Virus record (IMG/VR): IMGVR_UViG_3300031992_000042 | Location: 41,696 to 105,695 of that record | Direction: 5' to 3' (one strand) | Length of the DNA stretch: 64,000 nucleotides | Source: a virus | Taxonomy: Duplodnaviria; Caudoviricetes | Shown here: in pieces, positions 21,182 through 31,841 of the stretch | How positions within the stretch are numbered: position 1 is the stretch's first letter | Layout of the letters: the number at the start of each line of letters is the position of its first letter | The notes under the pieces: generated by a model | Database searches by the model: none | Seen by the model: the letters and a program-made list of their open reading frames with translations, nothing else | Told to the model about the DNA's origin: nothing | Position numbers and translations under genes: made by a program

Positions 21182-21598
21182 TTGTTGGAGGTGCCCCGTA
21201 TGAAGAAAGTTTATATCGTGAAGTCCCAGCTGCCCGTTGTTGCGTCTGATGCTCGTTATACAGTTACTTTTGCTGTTGAGCATCTTCGCGGTAAGACTTG
21301 GGAGTTTGACGTAATGTCAGACGACAACAGCTACCGCGACGTAAAGAGCGACAAGGTTAAGGTTATTATGAAGCCTGACCTTGCGTCTATGGCGTTCCCG
21401 GAGGACGCCAATCGTCGTCTTGACTACGTTATGAGCATTGAAGATGCTCGTAACTTCTGGAAGTTCATGCACAAGTCAGTTCACTTCTGGTTCGCTCTGG
21501 ATATGGCGAATCAGGCTGAACTGCACGGCTTTGACGCCGATCTCGTCAAGTGCATGGAGAACTGCAATGGTTGCGTTGCAGACGTTGAACCCGTGTAA
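21182..21598 (+). CDS. Early hypothetical protein
   Basis: GGAGGTG RBS before MKKVY. Confidence 0.65.
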   Translation: MLEVPRMKKVYIVKSQLPVVASDARYTVTFAVEHLRGKTWEFDVMSDDNSYRDVKSDKVKVIMKPDLASMAFPEDANRRLDYVMSIEDARNFWKFMHKSVHFWFALDMANQAELHGFDADLVKCMENCNGCVADVEPV

Positions 21599-21701
21599 TG
21601 CCGAAAAGCTCTGCTCCGAAAGGAGCATCTTCTACGTGGTGGTGGCTCCCCACGTACTGATGATGGCAAGCCGTCACGGAATTCGCTTAGGAGGTGTTGG
21701 C

Positions 21702-21917
21702 ATGGTTGATACCTATATCGACATTGTCAACGGCAAACGTGTCGAGAAGGAAATTGAAACTTTCGACGATGCGATGCTTGCGTGGGAAACCGGACAATTG
21801 TCCGGTTTCGAAGTTCCTGACTATATAAACAGTCGAAACGACGCAAAAATTGCATACGAAGCTGGGCTTCTTAACGAAGCAGGTTTCAGGTTCTTCGATA
21901 CGATGCAATACGATTAA
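21702..21917 (+). CDS. Early hypothetical protein
   Basis: AGGAGGTG RBS before MVDTY (3' part of listed ORF 21438-21917). Confidence 0.6.
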   Translation: MVDTYIDIVNGKRVEKEIETFDDAMLAWETGQLSGFEVPDYINSRNDAKIAYEAGLLNEAGFRFFDTMQYD

Positions 21918-22071
21918 ACCTTGATAGACGAGAGTTCTGTTAGGACTCTCGTAATCAGGGCTTGGTCTCTGTCGCTTAGTTGCAGATTAGCGTAACTGTA
22001 ACAGCTTAACCCAGCTAAAGGGAATAATAAAAGAGCTACAGCGGCAACTGTAGCTCAAGATCTGAAAGGAG

Positions 22072-22314
22072 TTGTCCACCATGTCAAAGTTTCTCACTAT
22101 TCTCAGATCCGTAGTTAATAATACTGCGGAGAACAGCGTTAAGTCAAGTCTGAAAAAGCTTGGCTTCAATGTCACAAACAAAGATGCCATTCGACACGAA
22201 ATCAAGCGTCTTGATGCCGAAGCTATCGATCTTATTGGTGATAACGATGCGTACTATGCCAACCATAAAGCCTGTTGGAATCTTACCAGCCTTTTGCTTG
22301 GGGAGGTGAAGTAA
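22072..22314 (+). CDS. Early hypothetical protein
   Basis: ORF track, AAAGGAG RBS. Confidence 0.6.
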   Translation: MSTMSKFLTILRSVVNNTAENSVKSSLKKLGFNVTNKDAIRHEIKRLDAEAIDLIGDNDAYYANHKACWNLTSLLLGEVK

Positions 22315-22315
22315 G

Positions 22316-22693
22316 ATGTTTATTATCACGTATGATGAACAACGTGGCATTTACTACTATCGCAATATAACAGAGTCGTTTAAAGATCGAAATGAAGCTA
22401 ACAGCCGCTGGGTTGAGTTGAAGAAGAACCCGCTAATCGCTAACATGCGTCCTAGCACAACAGAAGAACCTGAACAGACTTACATTGCCGTTCAGGTTCT
22501 TTTCTCTAATTACAGCAAGAAATACACGTATCTTGCTAACGATCCTGTTGAAGTAGGGCAACTAGTCGTTGTCCGTACCGAAGAAGGATTAAAGGTTGTT
22601 ACTTGTGTCGGTTGCACAAGAGCAACAAGATCCCAACTTGAGGTTATTTGTCCCTTTAATAAATTTAAGAAAATAGTAGGAAAGGTGGTTTAA
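22316..22693 (+). CDS. Early hypothetical protein
   Basis: ORF track, GGAGGTG RBS. Confidence 0.6.
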   Translation: MFIITYDEQRGIYYYRNITESFKDRNEANSRWVELKKNPLIANMRPSTTEEPEQTYIAVQVLFSNYSKKYTYLANDPVEVGQLVVVRTEEGLKVVTCVGCTRATRSQLEVICPFNKFKKIVGKVV

Positions 22694-23295
22694 GCATGTT
22701 AGTTCTTGTCACAGCTATTGTTGTTACCGTCATAATCGCTCCTGATCTGTGGGAGTATTGCAAGAACTATTATAAACCTTAACACACAGGAGCCCTTCGG
22801 GGCTCTTGTAGTTAGGGCTTATGTCCTAATAATTTATGGGTTGCGACCTACCGCAGGAGGTATATTATGAACATGTCAAAGAATACTTACAATGCAATTT
22901 CCCCCTACAACAAAGCATCAAACGCTCGTAAGAACACAACTACTTTCTTTAATCCTGTAAATATAAAAGAACTACAAGCATGGGCTAATAAAGGACTAAA
23001 TGTCGATAAAACAAAATTGATGATAATCAAGTATACAGCAAAAGCATAATATGCTTTTGCTTTTATATAGTTTGCAGAACACTCCATCTGCATCCTAACA
23101 GCTAAGCTTGACAACTTAGTTAGGAGTATTGCCTTGTCAGCCGTTTGCTGCGAAAAAGCTAAAGGGGCTTCTGTCCCAAAGAAGCCCCGGTGCGGTGTCC
23201 CAAACCGCATTTCAAGGAGATAACTATGAAATACATCCATATGTATTTTATCAGTTCTCCAAACAAATTACAAGATCTGTTTAGGAGGTAATACT

Positions 23296-25719
23296 ATGAA
23301 AATGATCCAGAAGCTAAACCTTATCGAAAATAAGGTTGACACCATCTCTCTGTTCACGTCAGCGTTCACAGACAAACTCGATGCTATGAGCATCGATCCC
23401 AAAGACGCAATCGTCAAGATTTGCGCAGAGTGCCCTAAGAACGATGAAGCAGAAGCTATTGTCAAGGCTACACTTGCGAACTATTGCGCCGAAGGTTATC
23501 TCCTCGGAGAGAACATTTACGATGCATTTTGCGCTGGTGCTAGCGATGCTCGTAAAGCTACAGCTACTTGGCTTCGGCACGATCTCGTTCCTGAACTTGG
23601 CAAGTGGGCTATGTGTGGGTTGAACACCAAGAACATGAAACTCGCTATTAACAAGTACATGGCATACATCGGATTGCTGTTCTCTGCAAGCAAGCCTTTC
23701 GTCGATGTTTTCGGCAAGAAGATTGACATTCGTCGTGTCGCTGTTATCAAAGATACAGATGTTGTCGTTAACGCAGTTGCAGATCTTGTGACGATGGAAT
23801 CTGTGTCTCGTAAGGTTAATCGCGAGATGGTTATCAATGCATTTGATGGATGTGGAATCCATCGCTATGAACTTACAAACGGCGAAGCTTGCACTTTAAG
23901 AGACGCTTGGATGAAGATCTGCAGTTTCCCTGTAAAGTGGAGTAAACTGTTTGGTTTCTGCTGCGACCGTGGCATCAAAGCTACGTTTGTAGACTTCTGG
24001 GGTAATGAGATCGCTCTGAAAGACGTGGATCTTATTATCACGGAGTCTTGCTTCAAAACAATTAAACTGTATGAATCTTGGGAGCAGTATTGCAGCGCTC
24101 ACGAAGCTCTTGGACATGAAATCCGTGTCTGCGTACGGGAGCACGCTCCGAAGCTGAAGGGACTTCCTTATCAGCAAGGTCAGACTCTGATGGGTAACGA
24201 AGACGACGCAATGTCCTTCGCTATGCATGCCAAGAAAACGGTGTACAAGTATCATGACATAGCTGGCGCACCGAAACTCCTCCGTGGCGCTCATCAGCAG
24301 GCTGCAAAGATGTATCCTGCGCTGATGACTGAAGGTCATACTAAACGGGCAATGCAGGAAATGTACACAACCAAACGTAACGATATGCTCGGCGGACGTA
24401 TCCCTGAGCTTGGTTACAATGCGTTTCTCGCTCCTGATCCGGTTGCATTTGCAGAGCATCTGTTCGGACTGGAAATCAAAGGCTTCCTGAAAGCAGGAGA
24501 ATGCTATTGCTCGAACTGCAAGGAAGGTCTCGTTGATGTGACTCGGTCTCCGCACCTGGACAACGCACATGTCCTTCTGAACAACGTGACTGAATGCCCG
24601 CTGGCAGAAGGTCCTACGATGTTCATCAACATCTTCGACACAACTACTATTCAGCTTCGTGCTGACTATGATGGCGATCATGTATGGTACAGCCAAGACG
24701 AACATCTGCTTCGACTGGTTGAAGAAACCTACGAAAAGCTGAACAATATTCCTGTTGATTGGGATGTTGCTAAAACAGATAAAGTCCAGATCACCAAGTC
24801 TGGAGTTGCGAACTTCATCATCAACCTGATCCACGGATCTGAAATCGGCTTGTATGCCGATGCTCTGACTAAGATGTGGAATCAAGCTTACGATCAGGAC
24901 GTCTGTGATTGGTTAACTTATGCAGCTAACGTTCTTATCGATGCTGCAAAGCATGCGACTGTGAAGATTAAGAAACCTGATGCGGTTGTCGAACTGAACA
25001 AGGTTTCTCTTCCGCTGTTTGCAATGTATGCCAAAGCGGATGCTGACCGTCCTGTCGGTGACTATTGGCTGAAAGAGCGCAAAGTCATGACTCGTCGCGG
25101 AGAAGAAGTAAATCTGCCTCCCCGTTGTGCTTATTCTGGATCTTTCTTGGATATGTATTCTAAGAAGGTGCAAGAGAACGTGACTGAAACGCTGACAGTC
25201 GAAGGACTGGATAACGAAATCTTCGACGTCACCAAGATGATGTTCGACGCGCATCGCAAGATCGGCAAACTGTCTGGTCTGTCCAAAAAGGGCGTTTACA
25301 ACGAACAGACTGGCAAGTTCAACGACTGTGGTCTCTTCCAAGAGATTGCCTTTCGGCACAGCACCGAATGGAACAAACTGGTAGGAGAAACTTCCTTCTT
25401 TGCTCATCGCCGTGAGTGGGAAGAAGAAGTTGCGAAAGCTGCCCGCAAGGAGATCATCGACTGGGCTCGTGCTCAGTACGAAAATACTTCTGACATCTCC
25501 GATGAACGCATTGAAGATGCTTGCTATGACATAATTGTCCGTAACATTTACGGTACAAAGATGAGTGATGGCATGGACACTGTAATCAAACAGGCGTTCT
25601 GGAGAATCTATGGAGATAAGGCTGTGAAGGCTCTGAAGCAGAACCTGAACGAGTCTATCCCGGACTTCGATGACGAAGAGTTTGAAGAGCTCTTCGATGT
25701 AAGTGACTGCGATTGCTAA
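23296..25719 (+). CDS. Single-subunit DNA-dependent RNA polymerase, YonO/RdRP-like (copy 1)
   Basis: FDGCG, VTRSPH, catalytic ADYDGDH, IDAAK motifs. Confidence 0.85.
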   Translation: MKMIQKLNLIENKVDTISLFTSAFTDKLDAMSIDPKDAIVKICAECPKNDEAEAIVKATLANYCAEGYLLGENIYDAFCAGASDARKATATWLRHDLVPELGKWAMCGLNTKNMKLAINKYMAYIGLLFSASKPFVDVFGKKIDIRRVAVIKDTDVVVNAVADLVTMESVSRKVNREMVINAFDGCGIHRYELTNGEACTLRDAWMKICSFPVKWSKLFGFCCDRGIKATFVDFWGNEIALKDVDLIITESCFKTIKLYESWEQYCSAHEALGHEIRVCVREHAPKLKGLPYQQGQTLMGNEDDAMSFAMHAKKTVYKYHDIAGAPKLLRGAHQQAAKMYPALMTEGHTKRAMQEMYTTKRNDMLGGRIPELGYNAFLAPDPVAFAEHLFGLEIKGFLKAGECYCSNCKEGLVDVTRSPHLDNAHVLLNNVTECPLAEGPTMFINIFDTTTIQLRADYDGDHVWYSQDEHLLRLVEETYEKLNNIPVDWDVAKTDKVQITKSGVANFIINLIHGSEIGLYADALTKMWNQAYDQDVCDWLTYAANVLIDAAKHATVKIKKPDAVVELNKVSLPLFAMYAKADADRPVGDYWLKERKVMTRRGEEVNLPPRCAYSGSFLDMYSKKVQENVTETLTVEGLDNEIFDVTKMMFDAHRKIGKLSGLSKKGVYNEQTGKFNDCGLFQEIAFRHSTEWNKLVGETSFFAHRREWEEEVAKAARKEIIDWARAQYENTSDISDERIEDACYDIIVRNIYGTKMSDGMDTVIKQAFWRIYGDKAVKALKQNLNESIPDFDDEEFEELFDVSDCDC

Positions 25720-25772
25720 AGATTAAAGCTGCGCTATCGGCTATACGGGCTATTGAGAAAGGAGAATGAAAA

Positions 25773-26189
25773 ATGAACGTTTACTTTGTGTGTGATGGAT
25801 TTTATCCTTGCTTTGTTCAGTCTCAGGCTATTTACGACTTCGATAAAGCTATGAAATGCTACGAAGAAGTAAATGAATATCAGCCGATGGATCTATTTAA
25901 ACTCAACGGCGAAACTGGAGAACTTTCCTGTTACGACTGCATGGAAGACACGTTCTATACTGGAAGCAAGGTTTACATTGTTGTCAGACGTCCTGCAAAC
26001 GTTAACTATCCTGAAACTGTTATCTGCGACAATGGCATCTTCAACAAACTTAAAGATGCAGAAGATTTTATAGCATTGAATGGTGGTTCATGGAAACTGT
26101 ATTCACACCAGGGACTTATCGATAAACTAAATGAGAGCGAAAGAATTAAGAAAGAAGAAATTCCAGACGAAGATGAACGTCCATTCTAA
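25773..26189 (+). CDS. Hypothetical protein ending in EDERPF
   Basis: ORF track, RBS. Confidence 0.6.
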   Translation: MNVYFVCDGFYPCFVQSQAIYDFDKAMKCYEEVNEYQPMDLFKLNGETGELSCYDCMEDTFYTGSKVYIVVRRPANVNYPETVICDNGIFNKLKDAEDFIALNGGSWKLYSHQGLIDKLNESERIKKEEIPDEDERPF

Positions 26190-26194
26190 TAATT

Positions 26195-26226
26195 AGCCAG
26201 TCGAAAGACTGGCTTTTTTATTTTTT
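26195..26226 (+). terminator. Rho-independent terminator
   Basis: AGCCAGTC-gaaa-GACTGGCT plus T-run. Confidence 0.8.
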
Positions 26227-26419
26227 ACGAGTATGGCATTAAACCTGACTAAAGATTCATACACGGGAGTCTCGAAAGAGACTCTCGTAATGAGTCCTTA
26301 GTGACTCTGGTATAATTTTACCCGACGACTATTTTTATCGGCTCCAAAATTTAGGGGCGGGATATTTTTTTGGGGAGCACGATGTTTCCGGTCTTAACTC
26401 ACGTGACTTGATCTAAAAA

Positions 26420-26441
26420 GACGGCGCAAGCGCCTGCTAAT
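26420..26441 (+). promoter_or_regulatory. Repeated palindromic motif B (GACGGCGCAAGCGCCTGCTAAT); copies at 27150 and 28148
   Basis: Three near-identical intergenic copies. Confidence 0.6.
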
Positions 26442-26475
26442 GCTGTGAAGATAAGTCTTATCTTCGTAATAATAT

Positions 26476-26718
26476 TTGGAGGTGCAGACCATGAATCCCA
26501 TTGACCTGTTGAACGAAGCAAAGAATCAGAGAATGTTTCTCGAAGCTGACAAGAAAGAAATCGAAGCTATCGAGGAAGAACTGAAGACTGGAGACACCAG
26601 CCGCAAACTCAGACTGGAAGAACTGTTCGAATTGGTTGACAGCCATATCAAATGGCTTGAAACTCACGCTCAGGAAATGAGCGAATCCGCACGACTGCTC
26701 AGAAGAGTCGTTGCGTAA
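26476..26718 (+). CDS. Coiled-coil hypothetical protein
   Basis: ORF track, GGAGGTG RBS. Confidence 0.55.
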   Translation: MEVQTMNPIDLLNEAKNQRMFLEADKKEIEAIEEELKTGDTSRKLRLEELFELVDSHIKWLETHAQEMSESARLLRRVVA

Positions 26719-27196
26719 TACCTGCCACGACTACTGCTTTGCGCTGGTCAAGGTGGAAGAACCTTGTATGCATCCTCTGCTCATCCACGTTGGTGAGCGG
26801 AATTATGCATACAGGGACGCTTTCAAGAACAGGTGGCACGAAAAACTGTTCTTGTCTGACATGTCCTACATGAAGTTTATCGTTTCGAAGAGATGCCAGC
26901 TCTGACTGACGATAGCTGCACGGGTCCCGGGGGATGACGGGTCCCCTGGGGTTTGCCCGAACTTTTATATCGATATTATCTTAATCTTCATCGCTTCAGC
27001 GTTGAAGCGACTGAAGCGAGCTTCATGGGTTCCTCCTTTCTTAGGGACTGGCGTGGGAAACCAGTCCCATCCTTTCGTTAATTTGGCTTCGTGAGCTGTG
27101 CCATAAACAGCTCACTTTTTTTGTCTTAACCATGCTACTTGGCTTTAGCGACGGCGCAAGCGCCTGCTAATACCACGAACAAATCTCTACAAGGAG

Positions 27197-27655
27197 GTGT
27201 TAATTGTGCTAGAGATTATTGCTCATACCGATGGTTCGTGTTTAGGCAACCCCGGAGTTGGCGGATATGCCGCACGAATGGAAGCTAAAGGCAAGATTAA
27301 GTTTTGCCAAGGATACGAGACTGAGGACACGACTAACAACCGAATGGAACTTTGCGCTGTTATTCGTGTTATGAAGTGGTGCAATGCAATTCAAAAAGAG
27401 CCTTGCAAAGTGACCTTCTATACAGACAGTCAGTATCTTATCGACTGCTTCAAGCATGACTTCTCAGACCTGTCTTCTAACTCTAGAGCGAACAGTGACT
27501 TGTGGGTTCAGCTTATTAAAGAAACGCTGAACGGACATCACGAAATTTCCTTTGTGAAAGTGAAAGGTCACAACGGAAACATGCGCAACGAAGAAGTAGA
27601 CAAACTTGCAAAAGCGCAAGCGTTGAAAGCGAGGCATGAACGTTATGGAACTTAA
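27197..27655 (+). CDS. rnhA: Ribonuclease HI
   Basis: TDGSCLGNPG.GG, TTNNRMEL, TDSQY, KVKGH..NEEVDKLA. Confidence 0.92.
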   Translation: MLIVLEIIAHTDGSCLGNPGVGGYAARMEAKGKIKFCQGYETEDTTNNRMELCAVIRVMKWCNAIQKEPCKVTFYTDSQYLIDCFKHDFSDLSSNSRANSDLWVQLIKETLNGHHEISFVKVKGHNGNMRNEEVDKLAKAQALKARHERYGT

Positions 27656-27881
27656 AGCACACGTATTATCCTGTTTCGTTTCTTTGGCATCAGCTTTGGT
27701 TGTTGCCGCATTATTACTTGGAGGAATCTAACATGTGGGATGAAATACTGAAAAGCTACGACAATTTGGATGACTATTTCGCAGATCACCCAGAAGAATA
27801 CGATGACTACGTAGATGACATGTACGAACTCTACGGGCACGAAGAGCCTATCGACTATCCTGAAGACTGGGCGGTGTAATA

Positions 27882-28139
27882 ATGCAGATTCTTGATAATG
27901 TCATCATTCTTTCTTTGCCTGTGCTTGCATTTATTGCAGGCAAGATTATTTCTGACAGATACCATGAACGTCAGATTCAGGAACTTGAGTATCAGCTTCG
28001 ACTGTATGCCGCTGAACGTGGAGTGGGTTACGTTGCTCCTCCTGCAAAGCGTAAGTATGTCCCTATAGGTCAACCTTTTATGGACAAGCTGAAAGAGAAC
28101 GGTCATGCTACCCAAGCTCTTCGGAACCCTCATACTTGA
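27882..28139 (+). CDS. Small membrane-anchored hypothetical protein
   Basis: N-terminal hydrophobic helix. Confidence 0.5.
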   Translation: MQILDNVIILSLPVLAFIAGKIISDRYHERQIQELEYQLRLYAAERGVGYVAPPAKRKYVPIGQPFMDKLKENGHATQALRNPHT

Positions 28140-28374
28140 CCTAACGAGACGGCGCAAGCGCCTTCTAATTCTATGAAAAAGGAATCTTCATGATTCTTTT
28201 TATCGCATGAATGAAATCCATCACTCTTCGTGCAAGTGGCGTCACGTACCCACTATAAATACCGCCGCGTGATAGTCTGCATCGGACGATAAAAGATGGC
28301 GTTGGTCTGCACGAATCTGAAGCAGGCAGAAATACAAAACAAGTAATAAAAAGCAAATTTCGGAGGTAACTAAA

Positions 28375-28764
28375 ATGACTACATTTGTTGGTAATATTTC
28401 TAAGGCTGCAAACACCCGTTACGTTGAAGCTCTGCATACGACTGTGACCGACTTTAATGTCGCTGAGAACTATCAGGGTCGTAACGGCAAGCGGTATACT
28501 CAGTTCTACCGTGTCAGCATCTGGGATAAGCGTGGCGCTAACCTCGAGAAGTACCTGACACTGGGTCGTCCGATTCAGATTTCCGGTCGTGTTAAGGCTT
28601 CTGCCTACATCGACAAGGATGGCAAGGCTCAGGCTCAGCTCGAGATTGCGAATCCGCAGGTAACCTTCATCACTGCGAACGGCGCTCCTGAAGAAGTGGA
28701 TGCCGCCGCCGCTCCCGAAGCTCCTGTTGTGGACGAGATCCCGGAGGACGACAAGCCCTTTTGA
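28375..28764 (+). CDS. ssb: Single-stranded DNA-binding protein (copy 1)
   Basis: OB-fold SSB pattern; acidic tail EDDKPF. Confidence 0.8.
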   Translation: MTTFVGNISKAANTRYVEALHTTVTDFNVAENYQGRNGKRYTQFYRVSIWDKRGANLEKYLTLGRPIQISGRVKASAYIDKDGKAQAQLEIANPQVTFITANGAPEEVDAAAAPEAPVVDEIPEDDKPF

Positions 28765-29052
28765 TAAGACACTCCTCGGCATGGTGAGGAGACTATTTAA
28801 GTAAGATTAAGGAGTCAGACTTGATGGAAGTCTGGCTCCTATTTTTTACTTAACCCTGTTTTTTGGTATAGCCTGTCTCTTTTGTTTCTGCTGTCGCAAC
28901 ATGACAGTAGACATAAGAAAGATAGTTCGGTACCTAAATTTGAAGACTTTCTAAGATGGCTATAAGGGGAGGAGAATTTTTGGGGGCATATATTTTCTGT
29001 GCCGCAGATTTTTTGTAAGCCTCTTACATTTTTTAAGATAGGAGAACAATCG

Positions 29053-29355
29053 ATGACAGAAAAAATAGCTATGCTGGCAGAAGACACAGAGACTGTTATT
29101 AACTTTTGCAAGCACAACATCGGAGACTGGGCAGAAGTATACACGACAGACAAGGCGGTAATGAAGCGGTACGATAAGTTTATGCGGAACCATCCGGAGT
29201 GCTGCCGACTGGTAGGAGAAGACAAATACTCTATGACGTTTAGCGTAGACCCTAAATGTGCATCCTATTTTCCAAGAGCCCCTCGTAAAGTTAATTATAC
29301 AGAGGAGCAAAAGCGACTGCTTACAGAACGTTTAGCCGCCGTAAGAAACAGATAA
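29053..29355 (+). CDS. Hypothetical protein
   Basis: AGGAGA RBS before MTEKI; downstream of motif A. Confidence 0.6.
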   Translation: MTEKIAMLAEDTETVINFCKHNIGDWAEVYTTDKAVMKRYDKFMRNHPECCRLVGEDKYSMTFSVDPKCASYFPRAPRKVNYTEEQKRLLTERLAAVRNR

Positions 29356-29679
29356 GCACAGAATATAGTTTCTTGCCTAGATAAACACAAGTGACTTGTG
29401 ACTGGAAACATACTCTATACAGAGAATGAGTATTTGTTCGTCCTAAAAAGCTAATCCGAAGCAATATGAAGTGAGTTCTGTAAAAAAAGGAGATAAACCT
29501 ATGACTGAAATTAGAATTTATCCTGAACACGACAAAATTGTCGTTACGCATGAATGTTCTGACCCTGACGACGCACTGATAGAGATGGTTTCTGCATATA
29601 AAGAATGGGAAGACGATGGATGGGAATATTATCGTATGCCTTTGTCTGAATTTATGAAAAACTTTAGGAAGAACGACTG

Positions 29680-30325
29680 AAGACTTATCTTTTAGTTAAT
29701 GTCTTAACGTTTAGTGACTGATCTTATCTGTTTAGACTGTCTATACTAAAAAGACATAATCTTCACTTGTTCAGATTAGTCTTTTTAGAATTCATTAGTC
29801 TTATCTGTCAGTTAAGACTCTATTATAAAGTCTCACTTACAACTTAAATTAACGTTCCTCTATATTCCCCTTTTATGGGGAATATAGGGAACGTATTAAA
29901 CGAATAATCTGTACTTATCGTTAAGTAACTGAACGTTTAGTCTCTTAACTGACTATATAGCCTTATCTTTCAGTTAAGACTCTTCTTTAAAAGATTATTC
30001 TTAAAGATAAGTCTATAATATATATATAATTATTATTATATAGAAGGAACTTTTCTAAATATGATTAATTAATCTAAAAATGATAAGACTTATCTGGTTT
30101 TAAAGACTTTATTTAGGGGATAGTCTTTACTGTAGAGACTTTATTGTTTAGTAGAGATTAATTCTTTCAATAAAATACAATACAAAAAAGATTAGTTTTA
30201 CATAACAGTAAAGATCTATTCTTTCAAAATAATTCCTATTCAAATAGTCTTAACAACATTATCTAAAATAATTCTCTAATACTTAAACAATCTATAAACG
30301 ATAAGACTATCTAAAAGATAAGGAG
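29680..30325. other. AT-rich non-coding region with iterated AAGACT/CTTATCT words; candidate replication origin
   Basis: No ORFs; repeated gataagac/gtcttatc/cagttaagactct; long inverted repeat 29849-29899. Confidence 0.5.
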
Positions 30326-30333
30326 AGACTGAA

Positions 30334-30501
30334 ATGAATTTTATAGCCGAGGATAAGATGTCGAAGAAACAGCGGGCGGAAATTAACAAAGCGCGAAGAA
30401 TACAATGGGACTTTAAACCTACGACTCGCGTTAAACCTTCTGCAAAAGTCTACAACAGAAAGAGGATAAAATATATATGCGATACAAAGAAAACGAATTA
30501 A
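30334..30501 (+). CDS. Small basic hypothetical protein (MNFIAEDKMSKKQRAEINKARR)
   Basis: AAGGAGA RBS; 55 aa, below ORF-track cutoff. Confidence 0.55.
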   Translation: MNFIAEDKMSKKQRAEINKARRIQWDFKPTTRVKPSAKVYNRKRIKYICDTKKTN

Positions 30502-30695
30502 AAAATATGTATCCTAAACATTATACAATGATGCGGGAAATATGCGCAGGTAGAGCTTGCGGCGCAGATTGTCCTTTATCCGCAGAATGTCCTTACGATT
30601 TCGACCTTAAAACAATAGAAAATGCATATACAACGCTGTTCGGTAAGATGTTAAGTGTACAAGAAGACGATATTATGTCTTTACTAGGAGAATAA
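30477..30695 (+). CDS. Cys-rich small protein with acidic C-terminal tag
   Basis: ORF track. Confidence 0.55.
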   Translation: MRYKENELKNMYPKHYTMMREICAGRACGADCPLSAECPYDFDLKTIENAYTTLFGKMLSVQEDDIMSLLGE

Positions 30696-30696
30696 A

Positions 30697-30951
30697 ATGC
30701 GAAAAGATTTTTTTGACAAGGAAACGCTAACAGGAGCAACTGCAAGAGTATTGTGCAACGATACGACTTGCAACGATTGTAAAGAGTTCTTCGGTATAGT
30801 GGACGGGTCTTGCCCAGCCGATCTTGCAACAAAAGAACAGACTATCGCTTTTATGCGGGATCTGTATGTTGCTCTTAAAGATAAATTTGAAGACCATCCT
30901 GACTGGACCGATATATCCTTCGAAGAGATCGTAGATATATTAACAAAGTAA
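30697..30951 (+). CDS. Cys-rich small protein with acidic C-terminal tag
   Basis: ORF track. Confidence 0.55.
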   Translation: MRKDFFDKETLTGATARVLCNDTTCNDCKEFFGIVDGSCPADLATKEQTIAFMRDLYVALKDKFEDHPDWTDISFEEIVDILTK

Positions 30952-31058
30952 AAGCTCCGGTCGCGGCACCGGAGCTCAGGAGAGATGCGATCCTTAGATC
31001 GTGTATATTATACAAGATGTTGTGTTAAAAGTAAATACTTTATACTAGGAGAAGTAAA

Positions 31059-31358
31059 ATGTATCAAGTAGGAGACCTTGTACGAATTAAAGATAATTTT
31101 TGGTTATGTCAGGCTACTGTACGAATGGGCTATAACAAATATATGGAAGATATGCAGGGTGAAGTCTATAAAATAAAAACAACTCCGATTAACGGTTGTA
31201 AAACACATTATAGACTTGACGTCAAGAAAGCAGATTCGATATGGGAATTTGAACATGACTGGGTTTGGGATGAAGCATGGCTTGAACCAGTGACTGAAAC
31301 GACTGAAATTAAAGATGTATATACAGAAGAACTGGACTTATTGTTTATGGGAGACTGA
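31059..31358 (+). CDS. SH3/KOW-like small protein (paralog family, copy 1)
   Basis: YQVGDLVRIK..WVWDEAWLEPV. Confidence 0.6.
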   Translation: MYQVGDLVRIKDNFWLCQATVRMGYNKYMEDMQGEVYKIKTTPINGCKTHYRLDVKKADSIWEFEHDWVWDEAWLEPVTETTEIKDVYTEELDLLFMGD

Positions 31359-31379
31359 AAGGGAAATGAGGTAAAGTGA

Positions 31380-31610
31380 ATGAAGGCGATAATAAAACTC
31401 GACGTTCCAGACTGGCAAATCGGTCAGCCTGTATCCGTATACTTCCCGGATACGATGCTGAAGAAAGGCATCTGCGAAGCTGCGCCGAATACATCTCCAA
31501 AGAAAAAGTACGGCACATGGGTATGCGGCAACTGTGGTTTTGAAGTGCATCGCAACTGGATGCATTGTCATCGGTGCGGGCAGAAACTTAATTTTCCAAA
31601 GGAAGAATAA
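31380..31610 (+). CDS. Zn-ribbon small protein
   Basis: CGNC..CHRCG. Confidence 0.55.
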   Translation: MKAIIKLDVPDWQIGQPVSVYFPDTMLKKGICEAAPNTSPKKKYGTWVCGNCGFEVHRNWMHCHRCGQKLNFPKEE

Positions 31611-31841
31611 AATGAAATTAAAAGACTATCTTGTATATTTCTGGTTTGATGTAGTTCTTAAACGTGGTTATCCTTGCGGTAGAACCAAGAAAGATAAACA
31701 TCTATGTTGTAAAAGACCTATCAACAGTAAAACTTGTTTTATGTCTGAAGATGAAACAGCAGCTTATTGTTTGTATTGCGGTCATGTTCGTGTAGACGGT
31801 AATGTAAAAATAGATCTTAACAACTTATGGGGTGACTGAAA

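Noticed and set aside
23896-24885. 329-aa minus-strand ORF
   Set aside because: Antisense shadow of RNAP 1
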